Of a DNA stretch of 64,000 nucleotides, positions 19,301 to 25,897 are shown piece after piece. This DNA comes from an uncultured Dechloromonas sp. (GTDB taxonomy: Bacteria > Pseudomonadota > Gammaproteobacteria > Burkholderiales > Rhodocyclaceae), in NCBI GenBank assembly GCA_964583695.1, contig CAZOWA010000012.1, forward strand, positions 11,077 through 75,076, in the 5' to 3' direction. The notes beneath the pieces were generated by a model. It was not told the origin of the DNA and searched no databases. It worked only from the letters and a program-made list of their open reading frames with translations. Position 1 is the stretch's first letter. Each line of letters begins with the position of its first letter. A program made the position numbers and the translations under genes.

Positions 19301-20761
19301 GCTCTGGTCACGGCGCTGGATCGGAAGGTGACGGGTTATTCCGTGGGTGGCCATTGGCAGAACGGCCGAATCGCCGACCTTGTAAAAAAGCCGTTCCTTC
19401 CGGTCCACCGCGGAAAAAAGTTGTTCCGCTTGCGTGACGCTTTCCGAGCGCCCGAGGAAGAGATAGCTTTCCTTGTAAAGACCGAAATGGAAGGTTTGCA
19501 ATACCTTGCTTTGCAAGGGCGCATCGAAGTAAATCAGGACGTTGCGGCAGGAAACCAGATCAAGACGCAGGAAGGGCGGGTCGCTGACCAGGTTGTGTCG
19601 GGCAAAGACGATCATGTCACGCAAGGTCTTGCCTGCCTCATACGCGTTACCGGCGGGACGGAAATAGCGCCTGAGCAGTTCTTCGGGAATCTCGGTCATC
19701 GATGCTGCCGGATACACCCCCCGGCGCGCAACGTTGAGCGCATCTTCATCGACATCGGTGGCGAAAATCTGGACGCGATGGCTCGCCAGTCGCTCCTGCA
19801 AGGCTTCGGCAAGAAGAATCGCGATCGAATAGGCTTCTTCACCGCTGGCGCAGCCGGCTACCCAGATCCGGATTTCGCTGCCGGGAGATTTCTTTCTGGT
19901 TATTTCCTTCACGGCACTGTTCAGCGCAGCGAACGCGTCCCGATCACGGAAAAACGCTGTGACGGAAATGAGAATGTCCCGGGCCAGGAATTCCAGTTCG
20001 TCCGGATGTGCCTCGATGAATCGTACGTACTCAGCCAGGTCGACAGACTGTGTAGCCGCCTGCCTGCGCCGTATGCGTCGCAGGAGCGTACCCGTCTTGT
20101 ATCCGGAAAAATCGAATTTCAGGCGCTCACGCAGTTGCACCATCAACTGCTTGTAGAGGTCGGCGGGTGGGTTTTCCGTATCGCCCTCGGACTGGGCGTG
20201 CAGCAGCAGATCCGAAATCTGCCTGGCAATCATGTCTGGTGGCAGGATGTGATCGGCAACACCGGCTTCGATGGCGGCCCTGGGCATGCCGTCGTATTTT
20301 GCTGTTTCTGGCTGTTGCACGAGCGTGAAGCCACCAGCAGCCTGAATCGCGCGCAGGCCGGCCGTGCCGTCCGAACCCGTTCCGGAGAGAACGACGCCAA
20401 TGGCTGATTCGCCTTCTTCGCTGGCCAGCGAAATCAGAAACTGATTGACCGAGGGCTTAGGCACCACTTCCGGGGAGGCTGCCGTCAGGACCAGATGACC
20501 ATCCTTGTACAGGGCGTTGGAATTGGCTGGGACGACGTAGATCACACCGGCCTCCGGAACATCGCCTTGTTCCAGTTCCTTAACTCTCAGTGTGGTTTCC
20601 CGACCGAGGATCTCCACCATCATGCTGCGGTAATTGGGCGACAGGTGCTGGAGAACGACGTATGCGCATGGCGTATCGATCTTGAGGGCACCGACGAGCT
20701 GAGTGATTGCCTCCAGCCCCCCAGCTGAAGCACCGATACCGGCTACATGCACCTTGGTCAT
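16301..20761 (-). CDS. CheB-like methylesterase / CheR-like methyltransferase / coiled coil / PAS / GGDEF / EAL multidomain protein
   Basis: 1486 aa. Motifs: GASAGG (CheB), [17 protein letters not shown] (CheR SAM site), NEE(L/M) heptad coiled coil, PAS regions, RDID-5aa-GGDEF, and [15 protein letters not shown] and EGVE (EAL). The stop lies 2 nt before the bphP ATG. Confidence 0.9.
   Translation of the reverse strand: [1486 protein letters not shown]
18724..18870 (-). repeat. 21-nt periodic coding repeat (heptad coiled coil)
   Basis: About seven units spaced 21 nt apart (TTCCTCGTTGG / TTCCTCATTGG on the + strand). They encode [48 protein letters not shown]. Confidence 0.7.
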
Positions 20762-20782
20762 GCGACTCCCCTTTTTTTGGGC

Positions 20783-20811
20783 AGTATATTTTTAACCTCG
20801 AAGCCTCGCAA
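20783..20811 (-). promoter_or_regulatory. Candidate sigma-70 promoter for the CheB/CheR-GGDEF-EAL operon
   Basis: On the minus strand: TTGCGA (20811-20806), a 17-bp spacer, then TATACT (20788-20783), about 20 nt upstream of the ATG at 20761. This is a pattern match only. Confidence 0.3.
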
Positions 20812-20858
20812 TCCGTATTTTCGGTGCAGGCATGGCCAGTGCGTTCAGAGGGGAAAGC

Positions 20859-22772
20859 TCAGAATTCCTTTAGCTTGCGGTACAGGGTTTGCCGACTGAT
20901 GCCCAGCTGACGTGCAGCTGCCGAGAGATTTCCGCGCGAGTTTTGCACCGCGCCCTGTATCGCCGAGCGCGACAGTTCGGCGAGGTTGGTTGGGGAGGGG
21001 GCTCGGGGAGCGGGAGACGACTTGGCAACGGCAAGTTCGTCGACCAAGTCATCCGGCAGATGCTGCCATTCGATGCGCTGCTCGCCTTCGTCGAGCATGG
21101 CGACGGCGGTACGCAGCACATTGGCGTACTGGCGAAGGTTGCCCGGCCAGCGGTAGGCGGCGAGGGCGGCGAGCAATTCGGGGGCTACATGCAAACCGTG
21201 GTCCGGCAGCAGTTCCTGCAGCAGCTTGTCGGTGAGTGCCGGGAAATCGCTGCGCGAACGCAGGGAAGGCAGATTCAGGGTGAGACCGTTGATGCGGTAG
21301 TAGAGATCGCTGCGGAAACGCCCGTTTTCGGATGCTTCGCGCAGGTTGTGGTGGGTGGCGCAGATCAGGGCGAAATTGACGGGGATGGCCTGTCCGCCAC
21401 CGAGCGGCGTGACCTGGCGCTCCTGCAACACGCGCAGCAGGCGGGTTTGCATGCCGAGCGGCATGTCGCCGATTTCATCGAGGAACAGGGTGCCGCCATC
21501 TGCCTCACGCAGGCGGCCGACCATGCCTTCCTTGCGGGCGCCGGTGAAGGCGCCGGGGGCGTAGCCAAATAGTTCGGCTTCAATGAGGTTTTCGGGGAGG
21601 GCGGCGCAGTTGATGGCGACGAAGGGGCCGGCGCGTTGCGGTGAAATGTCATGCACGCCGCGTGCGAAAAGCTCCTTGCCGACGCCGGATTCGCCATGCA
21701 GGAGCAGGGGGATCGGCTTGCCGGCGATGCGCCGTGCCTTGTCCGCCGCCGAGCGCCACTGGCTGTCGCCGGTATCCAGTCGTGACAGGGCATCGCCGGA
21801 CGGATTGACGGCGACTTTGGGTGGTGTGTTGCTGATCAGCGGGCGCGCCTCGGCGAAGACCTGTCCATAGATCGGCGTGCCGTCGTGACGGTGCAACAGG
21901 ATGGCTTGCTGCGGTCGCCGGCGGGCGAGGGTGAGAATCTGTTCGAGCGGCAGATCAAGGGCGCGGAAAATCGGGGTGGCGCCAATGTCAGCCGTCGACA
22001 GACCGAGAAATTTCAGGGCATTGCGGTTCGCACCGATGATCCAGCCATCGTCGGAGAGCGCGACGATGCCCTCGGCCACGCTGCCGATCCCTTCCGGACG
22101 GTTATGCAGGTGCAGGCGGATGTGGCGTCGGCAGGCATCGGCGACTAGCCGGTTTTCGATCATGCGGGCGGCGGTATTGACCAGCCCCAGTGTGTGCGGA
22201 TGGCGGCTGCGCTGGTCGCCGGAAATGTCGAGGATGCCGAGCAGTTCGCCGGTGGCGGAGACGATGGGGGCGGCAGCGCAGGTCAGGAAGCCGTTGCGTT
22301 CGAGAAAGTGTTCGGCGCCGTGAATTTCCACCCCTTCGGCTTCGGCCAGGGCGGTTCCGATGGCGTTCGTGCCGCGTTGCTGTTCGTGCCAGCAGGCGCC
22401 GGACATGAGCGCAACTCGTTCCGCCTTGCCGAGGAAATCCATGTCGCCCAGGGTGTGCATAAGTACGCCCCGGTTGTCCGCCAGAATGACCATGCTGTGG
22501 CTGTGCCGGACCTGCTCGAAGAGATATTCCATGACTGGCCGCGAATGGCTGACCAGGTCGTGGTTGCGGGCGAGCGAGCGTTGCAGCTCGGGGCCCGAGA
22601 GGTTGTCGCCACCGGCCAGCCGGCCCACCGGGGAAAGCCCCGCCGCAAGGCTGCGCTGCCAGGAACGGGCAAGGCGTTCGTCAAGGGTGCCAAACGCAAT
22701 CTCGCTGCCTTCCAGCAGCTGATTCCGGGCCTGGCGCAGCGCCGGCGGCAATGCGGGGGAATGGGTGTACAT
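20859..22772 (-). CDS. Sigma-54-dependent transcriptional activator (AcoR type)
   Basis: ORF 20859-23057; the likely start is the ATG at 22772 (MYTHSPALPP), giving 637 aa. It has an N-terminal GAF-like sensor, AAA+ motifs GESGVGKE and GAFTGA, and a C-terminal Fis-type HTH (AARQLGISRQTLYRKLKE). Confidence 0.88.
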   Translation of the reverse strand: MYTHSPALPPALRQARNQLLEGSEIAFGTLDERLARSWQRSLAAGLSPVGRLAGGDNLSGPELQRSLARNHDLVSHSRPVMEYLFEQVRHSHSMVILADNRGVLMHTLGDMDFLGKAERVALMSGACWHEQQRGTNAIGTALAEAEGVEIHGAEHFLERNGFLTCAAAPIVSATGELLGILDISGDQRSRHPHTLGLVNTAARMIENRLVADACRRHIRLHLHNRPEGIGSVAEGIVALSDDGWIIGANRNALKFLGLSTADIGATPIFRALDLPLEQILTLARRRPQQAILLHRHDGTPIYGQVFAEARPLISNTPPKVAVNPSGDALSRLDTGDSQWRSAADKARRIAGKPIPLLLHGESGVGKELFARGVHDISPQRAGPFVAINCAALPENLIEAELFGYAPGAFTGARKEGMVGRLREADGGTLFLDEIGDMPLGMQTRLLRVLQERQVTPLGGGQAIPVNFALICATHHNLREASENGRFRSDLYYRINGLTLNLPSLRSRSDFPALTDKLLQELLPDHGLHVAPELLAALAAYRWPGNLRQYANVLRTAVAMLDEGEQRIEWQHLPDDLVDELAVAKSSPAPRAPSPTNLAELSRSAIQGAVQNSRGNLSAAARQLGISRQTLYRKLKEF

Positions 22773-22919
22773 CGGTCTCGTCTCCTCGGGCAGGTCGTTG
22801 CCTGCTTTTTTGCCGAGTATAGAGACTGTCCTCAGTGACGCAATAGTTGTCCGAAGAAATGTTGCACAAGTGTTCCATTTTGAGACAGGTGTCACCTTGT
22901 GGAGCGTTGCAGTGATTGC

Positions 22920-22958
22920 TGCGGTCAACCTGAAAATTTGGCAAAAAAACGGAAAATC
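22920..22958 (+). repeat. Dispersed repeat family, half copy B
   Basis: TGCGGTCAACCTGAAAATTTGGCAAAAAAACGGAAAATC lies in the intergenic region between the activator and the aldehyde dehydrogenase. Confidence 0.75.
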
Positions 22959-22984
22959 AATGGGTTGTGGCTCGTGTTTCAGGC

Positions 22985-23000
22985 TGGCACGACCCTTGAT
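22985..23000 (+). promoter_or_regulatory. Sigma-54 (-24/-12) promoter candidate
   Basis: TGGCAC-GACCC-TTGAT lies about 60 nt upstream of the aldehyde dehydrogenase ATG, divergent from a sigma-54 activator. The -12 element reads TTGA rather than TTGC. Confidence 0.55.
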
Positions 23001-23058
23001 ATAGGTAATGGCCCGCAAGGGAATCAATTTACCCATTCGTAAAATATCAGGAGACAAA

Positions 23059-24579
23059 ATGATCTACGCTGCCCCCGGTGCCGCAGGTGCCAAGATTGCT
23101 TTCAAAGCCCAATACGACAACTACATCGGCGGCCAGTGGGTCGCTCCGGTCAAGGGTGAATACTTCGATGTGGTGACGCCGGTCAACGGCAAGGTGTATA
23201 CCAAGGCCGCCCGTTCGACGGCCGAAGATGTCGAACTGGCGCTCGATGCCGCCCACGCTGCTTTCCCGAAATGGGGCAAGACCGACGCCGCCACCCGCTC
23301 CAACATTCTCCTGAAAATCGCCGACCGTCTCGAACAGAACCTCGAACTGCTCGCCTATGCCGAAACCGTCGACAACGGTAAGCCGATCCGCGAAACGCTG
23401 GCTGCCGACATTCCGCTCGCCGTCGACCACTTCCGCTACTTTGCCGGAGCCCTGCGTTCGCAGGAAGGTGGCATCTCGGAAATCGACGAAAACACCATGG
23501 CGTACCACATCCATGAACCGCTCGGTGTCGTCGGCCAGATCATTCCCTGGAACTTCCCCATCCTGATGGCCGCCTGGAAGCTGGCTCCTGCACTGGGCGC
23601 CGGCAACTGTGTGGTGTTGAAGCCTGCCGAATCAACCCCGATCTCCATCCTGATCCTGATGGAACTGATCGCCGACCTCTTGCCGCCGGGTGTGCTCAAC
23701 ATCGTCAACGGCTACGGCCGCGAAGCCGGCATGCCGCTCGCCACCAGCAAGCGCATCGCCAAGATCGCCTTCACCGGCTCCACCACCACTGGCCGCGTCA
23801 TCGCCCAGGCGGCTGCCAACAACCTGATTCCGGCGACGCTGGAACTGGGCGGCAAGTCGCCCAACATCTTCTTCGCCGACGTCATGGACAAGGATGACGG
23901 CTTCCTCGATAAAGCCATCGAAGGCCTGGTGCTGTTCGCCTTCAATCAGGGCGAGGTCTGTACCTGCCCGAGCCGCGCCCTGATTCAGGAATCCATTTAC
24001 GAAAAGTTCATGGAAAAAGCCCTCAAGCGCGTTGCAGCGATCAAGCAAGGTTCGCCGCTCGATACCGACACCATGATGGGTGCCCAGGCATCGCAGATCC
24101 AGATGGAAAAGATCAAGTCCTACCTGCAACTGGGCAAGGATGAAGGCGCTGAATGCCTGATTGGCGGCGATGTTGCCAAGCTGGGCGGTGATCTTGAAGG
24201 TGGCTACTACATCCAGCCGACGCTCTTCAAGGGCCACAACAAGATGCGCATCTTCCAGGAAGAAATCTTCGGGCCGGTGCTCGCCGTCACCACCTTCAAG
24301 GACGAAGCCGAAGCACTTGCCATCGCCAACGACACGCTCTACGGCCTCGGCGCCGGCGTGTGGAGCCGCAATGGCAACGTCGCCTACCGCATGGGCCGCG
24401 CCATCCAGGCCGGCCGCGTCTGGACCAACTGCTACCACGCCTATCCCGCGCACGCCGCCTTCGGTGGCTACAAGGAATCGGGCATCGGTCGCGAAACCCA
24501 CAAAGTGATGCTCGATCACTACCAGCAAACCAAGAACCTGCTGGTCAGCTACACCGAGCAGAAACTGGGCTTCTTCTAA
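23059..24579 (+). CDS. NAD-dependent aldehyde dehydrogenase (acetaldehyde dehydrogenase II type)
   Basis: ORF 23008-24579; the ATG at 23059 follows AGGAGA and gives 506 aa. Motifs ELGGKSP and [12 protein letters not shown] (catalytic Cys) are present. Confidence 0.95.
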   Translation: MIYAAPGAAGAKIAFKAQYDNYIGGQWVAPVKGEYFDVVTPVNGKVYTKAARSTAEDVELALDAAHAAFPKWGKTDAATRSNILLKIADRLEQNLELLAYAETVDNGKPIRETLAADIPLAVDHFRYFAGALRSQEGGISEIDENTMAYHIHEPLGVVGQIIPWNFPILMAAWKLAPALGAGNCVVLKPAESTPISILILMELIADLLPPGVLNIVNGYGREAGMPLATSKRIAKIAFTGSTTTGRVIAQAAANNLIPATLELGGKSPNIFFADVMDKDDGFLDKAIEGLVLFAFNQGEVCTCPSRALIQESIYEKFMEKALKRVAAIKQGSPLDTDTMMGAQASQIQMEKIKSYLQLGKDEGAECLIGGDVAKLGGDLEGGYYIQPTLFKGHNKMRIFQEEIFGPVLAVTTFKDEAEALAIANDTLYGLGAGVWSRNGNVAYRMGRAIQAGRVWTNCYHAYPAHAAFGGYKESGIGRETHKVMLDHYQQTKNLLVSYTEQKLGFF

Positions 24580-24622
24580 GCCTTAACGACTCTTCTCCAG
24601 TCCCTTGCCTGGGGCTGCTTGC

Positions 24623-24650
24623 ACGGGGCGGGAAACCGCCCCGTTTTTTT
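24623..24650 (+). terminator. Terminator-like hairpin between the aldehyde dehydrogenase and DUF779 genes
   Basis: ACGGGGCGG-GAAA-CCGCCCCGT followed by TTTTTTT. It ends 10 nt before the DUF779 ATG. Confidence 0.6.
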
Positions 24651-24660
24651 GGAGATCGAC

Positions 24661-25038
24661 ATGGTTGAAAAAGTGATTGCAACCGATGCGGCACTGGCGC
24701 TCATTGCCCTGCTCAGGCAAAAACACGGCAGCGCACTGATCTTTCACCAATCCGGCGGTTGCTGCGACAACAGCGCGCCCAACTGCTACCTGCCCGGCGA
24801 AATCACCATCGGCGCCGGTGACGAATATCTCGGCGACATCGGCGGCGTGCCCTTTCACATCAGCAAGACGCAATACGAATACTGGAAGCACACCCAACTG
24901 ATCATCGACGTCATGGACGGCCACGGCGACAATTTCTCGCTCGAAGGCCCGGAAGGTAAAAGCTTCATCACCCGCTCGCGGCTGTTTACGGATGAGGAAT
25001 GGGCCGAACTGGTGGCCAGCAATCCTGGCCTTGATTAG
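24661..25038 (+). CDS. DUF779 family protein
   Basis: ORF 24619-25038; the ATG at 24661 follows GGAG and gives 125 aa (FHQSGGCCDNSAPNCY). The family is commonly encoded downstream of aldehyde dehydrogenases. Confidence 0.85.
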   Translation: MVEKVIATDAALALIALLRQKHGSALIFHQSGGCCDNSAPNCYLPGEITIGAGDEYLGDIGGVPFHISKTQYEYWKHTQLIIDVMDGHGDNFSLEGPEGKSFITRSRLFTDEEWAELVASNPGLD

Positions 25039-25054
25039 GTTGCACGAAACACAA

Positions 25055-25092
25055 TTGGCAAAAACGGGCAATTTTTCCGGTTGACCGTGGCA
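25055..25092 (-). repeat. Dispersed repeat family, half copy C (reverse orientation)
   Basis: TTGGCAAAAACGGGCAATTTTTCCGGTTGACCGTGGCA lies between the convergent DUF779 and cyclase genes. Confidence 0.8.
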
Positions 25093-25126
25093 GAACAAAT
25101 TTCACCCGGCTGCGGCCGCTGTTTTT

Positions 25127-25756
25127 CTACTCGGCGACTGCGCCCAACAGACGAAAAGCAGCATTTGCCCCCGGCGGAATGCTCGAAATCTGCTCGAAGC
25201 GGTAATGCGCCTTGAGCGCCTCGCGCACACTGTCGGTCACCAGGATTTCTCGTGCCTTCGCGATATCCTCGCCGAGTTTCGCTGCGGCATTGACTTCGCT
25301 GCCGTAGGCGTCACGGTCGCCGATCCTGAGCAACTGGCCGAAACCGAGTCCGATGCACAGCCGGATCTGCTCGGCTTCTTCCTTCTCGACGTTATAAATG
25401 GTGCAGGTCTTCTGCATGCTCAAGGCGCATTCGATTGCCTTGGTGACATTCCTGAAAATGACCATCATGCTGTCGCCGTCCATTTTCAGCAGAATGCCGT
25501 CGAAGCCGTCGATGCAGGGAATTAGCAGGCGCTGCGACTCCTGGATGATCTGCAAGAAGTGAATGATCCCGAAGGACGCCACGCCACTTGAGAACCCGGA
25601 CAGGTCGGTAAACATCACCGCCCACTCCTCGCCAAACAGATCCCAGATGCGCTGATCAATCGCCGCCTTGTCGCTCCCGGGCAGGAGGCGTTCATTGATC
25701 AGTTTTTCCAGGCGGTCTTCGGAGGCATGCAGGCCGATGTTGTGGGCGTAGGTCAT
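25127..25756 (-). CDS. Minimal class III nucleotidyl (adenylate/guanylate-type) cyclase
   Basis: 209 aa. Metal-binding Asp motifs FTDLSGFS and KMDGDSMMV, and GSEVNAAAKLGED in place of the usual GxxVNxAARLE. No recognisable sensor domain. Confidence 0.82.
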   Translation of the reverse strand: MTYAHNIGLHASEDRLEKLINERLLPGSDKAAIDQRIWDLFGEEWAVMFTDLSGFSSGVASFGIIHFLQIIQESQRLLIPCIDGFDGILLKMDGDSMMVIFRNVTKAIECALSMQKTCTIYNVEKEEAEQIRLCIGLGFGQLLRIGDRDAYGSEVNAAAKLGEDIAKAREILVTDSVREALKAHYRFEQISSIPPGANAAFRLLGAVAE

Positions 25757-25849
25757 GGAAGGTCTTCACGGGGCGAAGAAGGGGCACAGTTTAATGCCTT
25801 GTGCGCAAGGGGGCGAAAACAACGCGAATCGGGTTGTGGCCCGGATAGC

Positions 25850-25880
25850 AAAACGCCCCGGAAAACCCGAGGCGTTTTTT
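25850..25880 (-). terminator. Terminator-like hairpin downstream of nrdJ
   Basis: ACGCCCCGG-AAAAC-CCGAGGCGT (one mismatch) flanked by A and T runs, about 20 nt after the nrdJ stop. Confidence 0.45.
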
Positions 25881-25897
25881 CTTGAGCCGGAAAGAGC

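Noticed and set aside
20823-20839. Sigma-54-like CTGGCCATGCCTGCACC (minus strand) upstream of the megaprotein gene.
   Set aside because: The GG-to-GC spacing is two bases short of the -24/-12 geometry. A sigma-70-like TTGCGA-17-TATACT fits better, though it is also unverified.
20859-23057. Long N-terminal extensions in the ORF track. Examples: activator to 23057, M48 to 43282, phytochrome to 16431, pta to 32620, fabI from 32583, and ORFs from 33431 and 33946.
   Set aside because: The extensions run through intergenic DNA, repeats or the neighbouring gene. Internal ATGs give family-typical N-termini and sensible coupling distances.
25127-25756. Reading the small class III cyclase as a Pycsar (cyclic pyrimidine) defence system.
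   Set aside because: No adjacent effector gene with a cNMP-binding, TM or TIR domain is present. The neighbours are nrdJ and a convergent DUF779 gene. It is kept only as an orphan cyclase of unknown specificity.
25810-25845. Weak repeat-arm-like stretches at about 25810-25845, 34641-34665, 43091-43111 and 54607-54630.
   Set aside because: Only 10-14 nt of similarity (for example ATTTTTCAGG), which is within chance expectation for a window of this size. They are not counted as copies.
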